Origin: Plasmodiophora brassicae
Lineage: Eukaryota
Reading direction: 5' to 3'
Length of the DNA: 64,000 nucleotides
Assembly: GCA_036867785.1 (NCBI GenBank)
Contig: CP145427.1
Location: 496,001 to 560,000, forward strand
The position numbers and the translations under genes were made by a program. Numbering within the stretch: position 1 is the stretch's first letter; each line of letters starts with the position of its first letter. Under the pieces are notes generated by a model. It was not told where the DNA came from and ran no database searches. It worked only from the letters and a program-made list of their open reading frames with translations. Positions 11,634-22,184 of the stretch are shown here, one piece after another.

Positions 11634-12989
11634 GTCGTGTCGTCGTCGGTGTCGTTCACGGAGAGTCAACGTACGACACGTAGTGGCCACTATAGTGTCT
11701 TCCGTCAAGCCTCGGGTGACACAATAGACGAATGCCGTTTATCCACGATCGATCCCGTACCCCGCTCTCCCACCAGCGGCGCACGTGATCGCGTGCTCTC
11801 GATCCCCGCATATCTCGACACATGAATCTCTGGCGCATGTGAATATCTGGAGGATGCTGATGCTGACGTAGGTGATGAGGAGCTAAATATAGGACCCCGG
11901 ACTACACGACGGCCCAGTACAGTGGCGACATTTCGGTCGTGCCGACCCCGGCGCCGACACGAATTAGCTTCTGGATGGTGCGACGCAGCGAACGAGACGG
12001 TGATGGCCCCTGCCACCGCTCTAACGCGTACTGCAGAGGCGTTTTTCGGTCCCAGTCCATGGCATTGACGGAGATGCCGTCAACGTCGAGCAGCAACTGG
12101 ATAACTTTGAACTGTTGATTCATCATGGCCAGGTGCAGAGGCGTCTGCTGTTGTGCGTCGCGTGCATCGACATCGATACCGTGAGCCTGGAGCAGCGACG
12201 AGACAACGTCATTGCGCCCACGAAAGGAGGCCCAGTGCAGTGCCGTCCGTCCCAGGTACCCTTGCGTATTGAGGCGCATGCCCGGGACACTCAGCAGGAA
12301 CTTGACAACGTCGGCCTCCCCGTGATACGCAGCCCATTGCAGCAACGTCATGCGTTCGTCCCAGTGCGGCTTTACGTCGTTAACGAATGCGACATTGCCT
12401 TTCCCGGTAAGCAGGCAATCGTGAAGCTTAGCGACGATCTTCATCTTAGCATGCGTGTTGGCGAGCTCCCGCAGACGGACCATGCCAGGAGCACTGTGGT
12501 AATAGTGTTCCTCTGGAACACTTTTACCGCGCGAACTTGCGATCGCGCTCCAGTCGTCGCTTCGTGTGCTGGCGGTCTCGTAGCCCAGATCGTCGCCCGA
12601 GCTCGACGTCGCCAGGACGGCAACATCGACGACGCCGACGATCAGAAGCAGGCAGGCGGCCGATGCCGTAGCCAAGGACGGGATGCGATTGCCGACTGAC
12701 ATTGTAGAGCGCACCTGGTGATGCTGGTGTTACAGCCGTTGGGATTACGGACGCGTTTGACCAGCCGTCGGCCGGGCGTGGCCCACGGCGTCCGGAAATT
12801 CCGCAGCCTGGGGCTGTATATGGCAAGAGCGCCCTAACGTTTCGATGCGGGGTGTTGTTCCAACTTCAGGACACCAGCGCAACGACCAATGAATCGTGTG
12901 CGGTCCCTGTGATGGAAAATCTCGATTGGGTGAGCAGGCAGGAAATTGTGTCGGCGGCGTCGGTTGCCTCCCTCGCGCACAGACACCAT

Positions 12990-13660
12990 TGACCGACCAC
13001 ACGCCAGCAGCGAAGGCGCTGGCCTGGTCGCCGCATACGCGGCACCTGCTTGCGAGCGGAGGTGGCACGAACGATCGACGCATCCACTTCTGTAACACGA
13101 AGACGGGCGCCTGCCTGAACAACGTCGATACGACCTCGCAGGTCAGCTGGTCCCCGATGCTGGCGGCGCCAGCGAATTCGTGACCGCCTGCCTGCGTCCT
13201 GTTAGGCCTGCGGGCTGGTGTGGAACCTGCACGAATACGAGATCCTGTCGGCCCATGGGTTCTCCAAGAATCAGCTGACACTCTGGAAGTATCCTTGCTT
13301 GTTACGCTTGCTGCCCCGCCCGACGTCAGGCATCTGACGGTTGGCGGTTCGTGCGTCACCGATCTGATTGGGCACTCGTCACGCGTCCTGCACATGACGC
13401 TGTCCCCGGATGGCACCACGGTCTGCTCTGCGGCCGCATACGTTTCTGGAAGGTGTTCGAACCGGTGCGAATTCGAAGCCAGCCACCGCAATTAGCAACC
13501 CGGTCCCGATCACCTCGCGCGCAAGCTGAGCGGCCTGAGCACCCTCTAACGGGTCACACGTTCCACGTTGACGGCAACACACACGCTAATACACCAGCAG
13601 CAAGTCGACAGCAATTCCACTACGACGCGGCTGAACGTGGTCCTGTCATGCATCGCCAGT
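12990..13660 (+). pseudogene. CDC20 3' fragment, copy 2 (intron-retaining, DNA-level duplication)
   Basis: Colinear with 1950-2643: [31 protein letters not shown], relics of the last two introns, indels, and the 3' UTR. Confidence 0.9.
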
Positions 13661-13726
13661 CAGCTGAAATATTGTACAGGCGCCGGGAAAGCTCAGAGGG
13701 CTTTAGTGCAGATGGCGATGGGCATC

Positions 13727-15040
13727 TCAGACGCAGTCGTCTCCGCAGCACAGCAATCTGCTGACACGCTTCTTGCTGGACGTACGGGAGACGTCGGGCG
13801 TGCTACCGCGGCTGCGCGTTGGCGTCTGCAGGACACGGTTCGCGGCCCACTGGTCGACCACTTTGGCGTGCCGCATCGCCTTGTGGAACCCGGGCGTCGT
13901 GTCGTCGAGTCCCTGGGCCTTGATGGGCAGCTCGGCGATCTCCACGTTGTGTAATCCCGGGGCCTTCAACGACGGGTCGCCGGCGTTTACGTCGACCCGG
14001 ATATCGTTGATCAGCATCTGCACAATACTCAGACGGTCATTCTGGACGGCCTCCAGCAACGGGTTGCCCGCGTTAACGTCGATCCCGTTGCAGCGGAGCA
14101 GCATTGCGACGATATCGGGGAGATCATTCCGGACGGCCACCAACAGCGGGTTGCCGGTCACCAGGTCGATTCCCGGGACCTTCAGCAGCATCTCGACAAT
14201 GTCCGGATGGTCCTTCTTGACGGCATTATAGAGCGGCGTCTTCTTGGACGGCCCGCCAAAGTTGACGTCGACGTGCATGCTGAGCAGCAGCTTGACGACG
14301 TCCTCGAGGCCGCGGTCGACGGCCCAGTACAGTGGCGACATTTCGGTCGTGCCGACCCCGGCGCCGACACGAATTAGCTTCTGGATGGTGCGACGCAGCG
14401 AACGAGACGGTGATGACCCCTGCCACCGCTCTAACGCGTACTGCAGAGGCGTTTTTCGGTCCCAGTCCATCGCATTGACATCAATGTTGCCGACCCGGAG
14501 CAGCAACCGGATGACGTGGAACTGTTCGAAAATCACGGCCAGGTGCAGAGGCGTCTTCTGATGCACCCCTTCCGCCACGTTGGCGTCAATTCCAGGCGCG
14601 CTGAGCAAGAACGGGACAATCATCACATCGCCTTTGTACGAGGCCCATTGCAGCAACGTCATATCTCCGTCCCATGCCGCAGTATTGAGGAATGTGACAT
14701 CGTCCCCCCCGGCCACAAGACGACGACGAAGTTCCTCGACGATCGCCAACCGTTCGCGGGTGTCTGCAACGTGCCGCAAACGGACAAGGCCAGGAACGAT
14801 ATCGAGCAACAACTCAAAGGAGTCCATCGGCACCTGGACACGAATGTCTGCAAGCACGCTCCAATCGTTAAAGGCCCACCGGGTGGAGCGTGACGCAGCG
14901 GGGTCGTCGCCAGCGTTACCGGGAACGTCCCAGACGTTCGCCATGACGGCAGTATCAAGGACACCAACGAGAAGTCCGGCGATGAGGACCGCGAGCGTCG
15001 CCGGCATTCCAGTAGCCTGAGAGCGATTGCTGATGGGCAT
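13727..15040 (-). CDS. Signal-peptide ankyrin-repeat protein B (437 aa, intact), effector-like
   Basis: N-terminal hydrophobic segment ATLAVLIAGLLVGVLDTAVMA, multiple ankyrin repeats (TLLQWAS, TPLHLAV, TPLQYAL, TPLYNAV, NPLLVAV), C-terminus KKRVSRLLCCGDDCV. Confidence 0.88.
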   Translation of the reverse strand: MPISNRSQATGMPATLAVLIAGLLVGVLDTAVMANVWDVPGNAGDDPAASRSTRWAFNDWSVLADIRVQVPMDSFELLLDIVPGLVRLRHVADTRERLAIVEELRRRLVAGGDDVTFLNTAAWDGDMTLLQWASYKGDVMIVPFLLSAPGIDANVAEGVHQKTPLHLAVIFEQFHVIRLLLRVGNIDVNAMDWDRKTPLQYALERWQGSSPSRSLRRTIQKLIRVGAGVGTTEMSPLYWAVDRGLEDVVKLLLSMHVDVNFGGPSKKTPLYNAVKKDHPDIVEMLLKVPGIDLVTGNPLLVAVRNDLPDIVAMLLRCNGIDVNAGNPLLEAVQNDRLSIVQMLINDIRVDVNAGDPSLKAPGLHNVEIAELPIKAQGLDDTTPGFHKAMRHAKVVDQWAANRVLQTPTRSRGSTPDVSRTSSKKRVSRLLCCGDDCV

Positions 15041-15269
15041 TGTGGATGAACTCGGGGCGCAGCTGCAAAGGCGACAGCACAACGAGCACCCAGACCGCGG
15101 ACACGCCGCATTGCGTGGCGGTCCGTGACTCCGTCGTACCTCGCTGTAAGTACGAGGTCTGCCCTAATGATGATCGTCGTGCAGCTCGCACGCCGGACAT
15201 CACCGCGTCGCAGCAGATGATCCAACAACGGTCCATGCGTTACAGATAAACGCGATTGACGCTGTACTA

Positions 15270-16523
15270 ATGGGTGCGGGGCGGGGGGTGGGGGTTCCGG
15301 GTGCAGGATTGGCTTGGGCCGATCTGCTGACAGGATCGATCGATGTCGTCGCGCACGGCGGTGCCCGCGATCCAACCCCTGGGTGGCATATCCTCGTCGC
15401 CTTTGCGGACGGCCAGCAATAACAGGTCGTCAGCGTTAACATCAATTCCGTCAGCGCGTACCAGCACTTTCACGATTTCGGGATATGTAGTCCTGCTTCC
15501 TGACCGCATGATACAGCGGGGTTTTCTTGGACGGCCTCCCAAAGTTGACGTTGACTGTCCCCATTGCGGTCAGCAACTCAGCGACGTCATGAAGGTCTTG
15601 GACGTCGACGGCCAGCTGTACAGAGCCGATACATGCGCCGGCGCCTTGTAAACCAGTGCGCCAGCACTAACCAGCGCGTCAACGATGTTACGATGCTCAG
15701 GAGTCATGGTCGTCCGCAAACTGACCAGAGCGATTTGCAGAGGGGCCTCGCCGTCGTTATCGGCTGCATTTAGGTCAATGTTATCGGCCTGCACGAGCGC
15801 TCGGACGACGTCTGCATGTCGGAAGAGCGCGGCCAATTAGTGCAACGGAGTACTGCCTTACTCGTCTCGTGCATTGAAGTTGATCTCGGGAGCACGTGAG
15901 CAGCCACTCGACGACAGAGATATGCCCTAGAGACGACGCCCAGTGCAGCGCCGTCCGCTCCATGAGTGTCCCGCCCGCGTCAGTACTGACGCGGAGTCCC
16001 GGAGCACTGTCCTGCGCGTGCGGCCCACTGCAGGAACGTATGTCCATCTTCTTCCCATGCAGCTGGAAAGCTGGCGAATCTGACATTGGCTAATCCGGTT
16101 AGGACGCGGTGACGAAGGATGTTAACGGCGGCGCGCTTTCGATCGGTACGGGCCGCTTTCCGGAGGCGGACGAGGCAGGCGCGCGGTCAATGGCCCACTC
16201 GAACTGTGTTCAAACCGGATTTCCAGGCGTCGCTGGAAGCTGGGGTCGCAGGTTGGCGAGGTCGACGGACCAGCTGTTGACGGATCCACGAGTGGTAGGC
16301 GCGTCCTCACGCCAAACCGCGCCCCTTGACCTGCGCTGCGCTTGCTCGCGCCAAACTGTGCCCCTTGACCTGCGGCATAGGAAAGCTGAGCGACCAGTCA
16401 CCTGCAGATCATACTCAGGGGAAGGCGTTGGCGATGCTGCAGGTACGTCATCAGGTTCAGTACCTGAGCTGTGTACCCTATGTTCTCCGCCTAGTACAGT
16501 CGACGACGTTACGATCGCCCATG
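15270..16523 (-). pseudogene. Degenerate ankyrin-repeat paralog C
   Basis: Frameshifted fragments ERTALHWASSLGHISVVEWLL, RHADVVRALVQADNIDLNAADNDGEAPLQIAL and YPEIVKVLVRADGIDVNA. DNA at 15525-15555 resembles 14240-14270. Confidence 0.72.
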
Positions 16524-16560
16524 GCGCGGTACCGTCTATCTCCTCCTATTAGTATACGTC

Positions 16561-17877
16561 ATGCTTCGGAGATCAGCGTCGACGACAGGTAGTCGTGGCG
16601 GGATCGTCGACCGCCAGCTGACCGCAGAGCAATGTCTTCGCGTGGCTGGCTCGAGCCATCCCGCCATCCAGTACTGCCGCCCGGCGTCGTCAACGCCTGC
16701 AGCCGGCCATCGGCCACTGTCTCGGTCCAGCAGTGCGGTGGCGTCGAAAGCGCCCAGCGTGCGTCCGCGAATGCTGGCCGACGTCCGCACGTCGATACGG
16801 GTCCGATCCCTGCAGCATCGTCGCGCCGCCAGCGCTGGCAGCCTGCGGCCGCAGCACCCTCGACAGGTGCAGGTCCCGGTGGCGGGCGGTGCAGTTCGTG
16901 TCGCGCGCCAGCTGCAGCCCACTACTGGCACGACCTGGCAACTGCGCCGACCTGCCACGGGCGCAGCAGTACTCGGGACTCGCGCGTTCCGCTCCCGGCT
17001 ACTGGACGTCGAAGTTGACCTCGCCGAGTCGCTCGAGCGGTTAGCCGGTCAGCAAGCGGAGCGTCTGGCCGTCGCGCGGCGCTTCCTCCAGCAGGTCATC
17101 GCAGCGGACCCGCTGCTGGGCCCGATTCTCGAGCGGGTACGCGCCGAGTATGATCGGGCCGTCCAAGGTGGCGACGACCTGGATCGAAGAGTCGTCGACG
17201 AGATGTCCATGGCCAAGCTGCTGTCGATGAACGACGGACTCAAGGCGGCGCTGGCCAGGCACCGACGCGAGGCGGCCGACAAGGACGGCAAGTTGGCGCA
17301 GCTGACGGCCCGATGCGAGATCCTCGAGCTCGAGAAGGAGCAGCTGAAGGAGGAGGTCATCGACCTCCGGCAGACAATCGAGGCGAGTCTACCGACTGGG
17401 AGGCAGGCGCGGTTGGCACAGGGACCTGGGGCCGCGACGTCGAACGATGCAGACCTTGAGAGGACCGGCCGGTACTGCCAAGTGGACCTGGTGGCACTGG
17501 ACGACGCCGACCGTGGCGCCTCCAGAAACGTGGTGCGTCACCAGACGATGATCACCGTCGACGGGTTGAAGGCGATCGAGAGGACGGTAGCAACGTTGGA
17601 GTCGGAGAAGGTTGCCATGGAAGCGGCGACAGGCGAGGCCGTCAAAGTCCTGACCAAAGCCGGCGCCCAATACGACACGCTGACCGCCAGCTGGCAAGCC
17701 AGGCATGCCGCCGTCTTCGACAAGGCGGCAGGACCGAGATCAGGAGAGGCCACAGACGCAGCAGGTGCGGCCGAGGTCCCAGGCGCGCACGCTGCCAGCC
17801 TTCGCACGCCAGGGGCACCCGAGCGCGCCCACCCAGCTGACGCACCTGGCGCGTCGCCCAGTCATGTCGTCTCATAA
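16561..17877 (+). CDS. Hypothetical coiled-coil protein, possibly with a TSNAXIP1_N-like helix; exon structure uncertain
   Basis: Long ORF. ERLAVARRFLQQVIAADPLLGPILERVRAEYD is followed by a heptad-rich segment. Small introns are probable. Confidence 0.55.
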   Translation: MLRRSASTTGSRGGIVDRQLTAEQCLRVAGSSHPAIQYCRPASSTPAAGHRPLSRSSSAVASKAPSVRPRMLADVRTSIRVRSLQHRRAASAGSLRPQHPRQVQVPVAGGAVRVARQLQPTTGTTWQLRRPATGAAVLGTRAFRSRLLDVEVDLAESLERLAGQQAERLAVARRFLQQVIAADPLLGPILERVRAEYDRAVQGGDDLDRRVVDEMSMAKLLSMNDGLKAALARHRREAADKDGKLAQLTARCEILELEKEQLKEEVIDLRQTIEASLPTGRQARLAQGPGAATSNDADLERTGRYCQVDLVALDDADRGASRNVVRHQTMITVDGLKAIERTVATLESEKVAMEAATGEAVKVLTKAGAQYDTLTASWQARHAAVFDKAAGPRSGEATDAAGAAEVPGAHAASLRTPGAPERAHPADAPGASPSHVVS

Positions 17878-18115
17878 TGCAATAGATAGCAGGACCCTGC
17901 CCTGGGCGCCTGCCTGCGCATATCAGCCGGTGTCGTGCCGATCTGCGGTCCCTATGGCGTGTGCCCCCCGGGCGCCTGGGTGCGATATTCGCTGGCCGAT
18001 TGCTGGGCAGGCGCCCCCCCCCCCCCCCTGCGGCCGCGTGCGTGCCTCCCCCTGACTCGTCAAGCGTCGTCGTACTAGATAGGCAGTGCGACGTCGCACG
18101 TCGTCCTGGGCAGCT

Positions 18116-18901
18116 ATGGTCAGTGCATTGAAGCGACGGGAGCTGCCCGCCCACCGGTTCTGGAAGCCGAAGCTCGACGTCGCCGCCAAGGTGACGCAGT
18201 GCCCTGCTGCGCGTGTGGCACCTCGGGGCGATCCGGTGCGGCCGCATCCTAAGCCGGCCAATCTGTACGGCCCGGCTGTGTCTACAGACCCTCCACCGAC
18301 GACGACGACGACAACGAGGACGACAACGCAGCTATCGCTGGCCGACCAGGAGCGATTGGAGCATCGCCGCGCCATCCTTCGCAAGCAGGCCGCCTACCGG
18401 GACGCGCTGCAACGGCAGATCACGACACGGCAGGAGAAGGCGGCGTCGGAGCAGCAGCAGCGGGCGACGAACGCAGAGGTCACGACAGCGTTCCACGGTG
18501 GGCTGTTCAGCCGCCTGGGGCGCAACGTCGTCGATGGGGAGGGCCGGGCCCACCTGCAGAGAGCGTGGCGGGACGACTTGCAGAATCAGATCAAGATGAA
18601 GGCGGATAGGCTGATGGCCGAGCGCCAGCAGGCGCTGCGTATCGAGGCGCACCTCGAGGCCATGATGACAGCCGCCACCAAAGACATCATCGAACGCGAG
18701 AAGCGGGACAATGGCGCCGACGTGGACAAGCGGCACAACATCAGGTCGGTGCTGTCGAAGCCTGGGCCGGCGCAGGCACCGTCCAGTGCTGCCGATCCGC
18801 CCTGGGCGATCGACACGAAGCACGGTGGCGATCCGGGCGACACGCTCGACCGCATGATCCTCGGGTTCCTGAACGAACCCGTCGCACTGGACACCGCTTG
18901 A
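18116..18901 (+). CDS. Hypothetical coiled-coil protein with CSPP1/CCDC66-like charged helices
   Basis: ATG at 18116. Two YRDALQRQI / WRDDLQNQI motifs, each followed by a K/E/R-rich helix. Confidence 0.5.
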   Translation: MVSALKRRELPAHRFWKPKLDVAAKVTQCPAARVAPRGDPVRPHPKPANLYGPAVSTDPPPTTTTTTRTTTQLSLADQERLEHRRAILRKQAAYRDALQRQITTRQEKAASEQQQRATNAEVTTAFHGGLFSRLGRNVVDGEGRAHLQRAWRDDLQNQIKMKADRLMAERQQALRIEAHLEAMMTAATKDIIEREKRDNGADVDKRHNIRSVLSKPGPAQAPSSAADPPWAIDTKHGGDPGDTLDRMILGFLNEPVALDTA

Positions 18902-18974
18902 CCCCATGATACAGCACGTCCTGCCCAGCACCGGCAGATTCCAGGCGGCGTACTGTGCACGCATGTGTATGGGA

Positions 18975-20234
18975 CTAGACGAGCGTGCCGATCAGCATGG
19001 TGTCGAGCAGGTTGCGAGCCGCCCGAGAATGGGTGTGACGCTGTGCGTACTGGGACGCGATGAAGTCGGGCGGGCGCGACGCCATGGCTTGCAGGAGGGC
19101 GGATCCGCCCGGGTGATCCGCCAGGAATTCGGTCACGTCGAACACTTTGGCGTCCAGGGTCACCCAGATGCGGCCGCGGTCCTTGGCGTTGTCGTATTCG
19201 GCGCGCGTGATCGTGCGATCGTTCAGGGCTGGATCCGGCCAGATGATGCTCTGCTTCAGGCCGAGCAGGGCGTTCTCCGCCACTTGGTACTTGGCCTTCT
19301 CGATCTCGTTCGACGACGGGTGACGCAGGTCCCAGGCCTGGCCCAGCATATTGGCAACCTCGATCAGGAACCGCGTCGGGTCGTAATGGTACCTGCGAAT
19401 AATGCATTTGTAAGGGACACGTTGCCGTATGGCCAACAGCGTACCATTTCAGGCCATTCTGGTAGCTGAACGAGAACGCATGATGGAATCCGTGGTTGCC
19501 CTCGCCGAACGTGACCAGGGCGGTCAGCAGGTGGTCCTTGGCCGTGGTATCGTCCGAATACACGTTGTCGCCGAGCCAGTGCGCCAGCGAGTTGACGAAC
19601 CAGGTTGAGTGCCAGGTGAAGACGCGGCCCCAGAACCCGCCATAGACGAGTGCAGCCGCGATGTTGCTCGGGAACATCAGGCAGGGCATGGCAAAGGCGA
19701 CGAACAGGCCGAACCCGTACTTGTACAGGCGATGCTGCAGGCGGACGATCGGGTCGGCCTTCAGATCTTCGACATTGATGATGCGCATGTACTTGCTGCG
19801 GTCGACCTTCTCAAACATCCACAGACAGTGGCTGTACCAGAACCCTTTCGCCGGGCCATATGGGTCCTACGATGAGCAGGTGATCAGCGGCAATATTTGA
19901 CGACGCGGGATACGGGACACATCGAGGCGCGTACGGCGGGGGTATCCGGGAACGAGTGGTGCAGACGGTGGAGTTTACCCCACCAGAGGATGGATCCCTG
20001 GAGAGCGCCGGCGCCCCAGAACCCCCAGAAAATGCGCCAGGGCAGGCTGCCCTTGTAGGAGCGGTGCGACCACAGGCGATGGTACCCGACGGTGATGCCC
20101 ATGCCGGTCAGCACGTACATGATCACGAACGACTTGAACCCGACCAGCGTCAGCGGCACGGCGCATGCGCCCGCGACGGCTCCGACATGGAACAGCGACA
20201 CCAGTACCAGCGGAAACCAGTCGACCCGGAACAT
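18975..20234 (-). CDS. OLE1: Delta-9 fatty acid (acyl-CoA) desaturase with C-terminal cytochrome b5 domain
   Basis: His boxes HRLWSH, HRLHH and GEGNHGFHH; b5 motifs DVTEFLADHPGG and HTHS. Introns 19867-19934 and 19393-19444 give a continuous frame. Confidence 0.93.
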
Positions 20235-20439
20235 GGCTGCCCGGGTGGTGTCAGGGCGACGACGTCACTGATGAATGATGACGGGTCGATTGTGGCGGGG
20301 TGCCCCGAGGGGCGAAGGGGTGACCGCGTGGCGGACTCCGAGCGCTCCACAAATAGACCGACGCCAGTGGCGCTGCTGACTGTGCTGCACACTGACCCGC
20401 CGGTGGGGTGGGGCCGATGCAGAGTTCTAGGAAGCCACC

Positions 20440-21450
20440 ACGCGATGGCAGCGGGTCGACCCGACCCGAGTCGACCCGACCCGTGGGTGTTCCCAGTCGA
20501 CCCGTGGGTGTTCCCAGTCGACCCGGGTGCGCCCGCCCATGACCCGGGTCATGGACGTGGTGTACCCGCACACGGGTGCGCGGATGGCACATCACTTCCT
20601 CCAGCTGGTTGTGGATATGGATCCTGACCTACTCTCCAGCGTATGGACGATATCAATTGCGTCGTCGAACTGTTCAATGGTCGACAGCATCACGAGTCCT
20701 TACAAGGCATGATCACCAGATCCGGTGACAGATTTTGTGTCTGGGTCTGAATATCCTATCCTATAGGTATGGCAATTCCGGTATACTTGATGGTGATGGA
20801 GCATAACAAGAAAGCTGTTGCAACGGCGACGGGTTCCGTGCGACCCACACGATCAAGTTCGCGACCAGCGTTCTGGCGAAGCCCACAACCTATGAAGACG
20901 TGGTGCGGAACTCGAGATCGACGATGGCAACTGCTCTGGATCCAAGAATGGAGTCGTTCTTGAAGGTGCTCGGGATCGAGCACCTTCAAGTTATGCCAGC
21001 ACTCGTCGACGAGTTTACTTTGCGCCATAGAGCTCCCTACGAAGCCAAGTTTGCAAGTCATATCGTTGCGGACGGCGCCACTGCAAATCCCGAAGCTTCT
21101 TCGTTTGAGGCAACGGCAGCGATGGACAGCCTGCTAACCCTGTTCAAGCCGAACGAGGCGACCCAACCACCTGGACGAAGTGAATCTTCCAGCGAGTCGT
21201 TCGAGAACGAACTGCAGCGGTGGTTCTCCCACCAGGGAATGTCAGTGGAGCAGAGCTCCCGCGACGTTTGCAAGTGGTTCAAGGTTAACCAGCAACTAAT
21301 TCCATGGGTCGCGATGTGGCGCGTGACTTCATGGGGGTGACTTCAACCTCGGTTCCCGGCGAGGTTGCGTTCTCGAAGGCGGGGGTCTACCATTAACAAA
21401 CGCCGAACGCGCCTGAGCGACACAGCAGTGGCTGCTATCTGCGAATTGTA
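20440..21450 (+). mobile_element. hAT transposon remnant (terminal gacccg repeats plus transposase C-terminus)
   Basis: gatggcagcgggtcgacccgacccg repeat cluster at 20444-20550; ALDPR motif; frameshifted dimerization motif TSTSVPGEVAFSKAG...KRRTRLSD at 21337-21450. Confidence 0.75.
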
Positions 21451-22184
21451 GTCCTTACAATACAAATCGTCTAAGTGACATATTATGTTAAGTCGCCGAC
21501 TTTCCATTGTCTTCTGGAGGTGTTTCCTGGCCAGTGGCCTGACAATCATGCGGATCCGGATCGACCCGTTGACCACATTACTAAGTCCACGCGCACACGC
21601 TATTGCTGCAGACGACGACCACCGCCTGGGGCACGTTCGGCGTCGGCGTGTGTGGGACGCCACCTGCAGTGGATCGCGCGAGATTGTTCGAGAACGATGC
21701 TGGGTGTCGCGGGTGCTGCCCGTTGACAGTGTGCCTACAACATTGGAGGGTAGCAGCAGGTTGCGGGTGACCCCGCCAATTGCGGTCGCCAGTCTGGCTC
21801 TCTGCATAGGGCGGGCAGTCGTCACAGAGCAACCTGCTCCGACGTACGTCGTCTGCCTCGATATCGTATCTACCCCAATCGTCGCACACGATCGACCAGC
21901 TGGCCTGTGCATGGCCCGCTGATTCGCCGTCCGACCCGTTGCCAGGTGGTCCACATTTGTGCCCACGTGCTTCAAGGCTGAGTCGAGTCACCCCCCACTA
22001 GACCGATACTAACGGCGGGTACCCGTGATTGATCAACGACGTCCATCGCGCCTGCTAGTCTCTCTGTCGCCCGATTGGGATTGTATTGGTCGGATAGGGC
22101 CCGGGAGCCGCCTGTCGCTCCCGTCGGCCTGCTGGCGAGGGCTGCGTCACGACCATCACGACGACCGGTCCAAGCCCCAGGCGC

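Larger units (their letters stand above)
5848..11906 (-). mobile_element. Full-length chromodomain Ty3/gypsy LTR retrotransposon (element 1)
   Basis: 216-bp LTRs at 5848-6063 and 11691-11906, identical by eye. 4-bp TSD cgac at 5844-5847 and 11907-11910. PPT-like gggaaaaggcag on the minus strand at 6064-6075. Confidence 0.96.
5356..12702 (-). pseudogene. Signal-peptide ankyrin-repeat gene A, split by an LTR retrotransposon (5' part 11911-12702, 3' part 5356-5847)
   Basis: Hydrophobic N-terminus MSVGNRIPSLATASAACLLLIVGVVDVAVLA, with TALHWAS, TPLHLA and TPLQYA ankyrin motifs. Removing 5848-11910 restores ...LYWAVDRGLEDVV..., matching paralog B. Confidence 0.9.

Noticed and set aside
11680-11690. 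TGG-starting tRNA PBS for element 1
   Set aside because: It cannot be excluded for this element alone, but the closely related element 2 has GTGCGCAC at the same place with no TGG. The palindrome is the shared feature.
21932-21949. Right TIR for the hAT remnant starting near 20440
   Set aside because: Only a 12-of-13 core match and no 8-bp TSD, so the boundary is not called.
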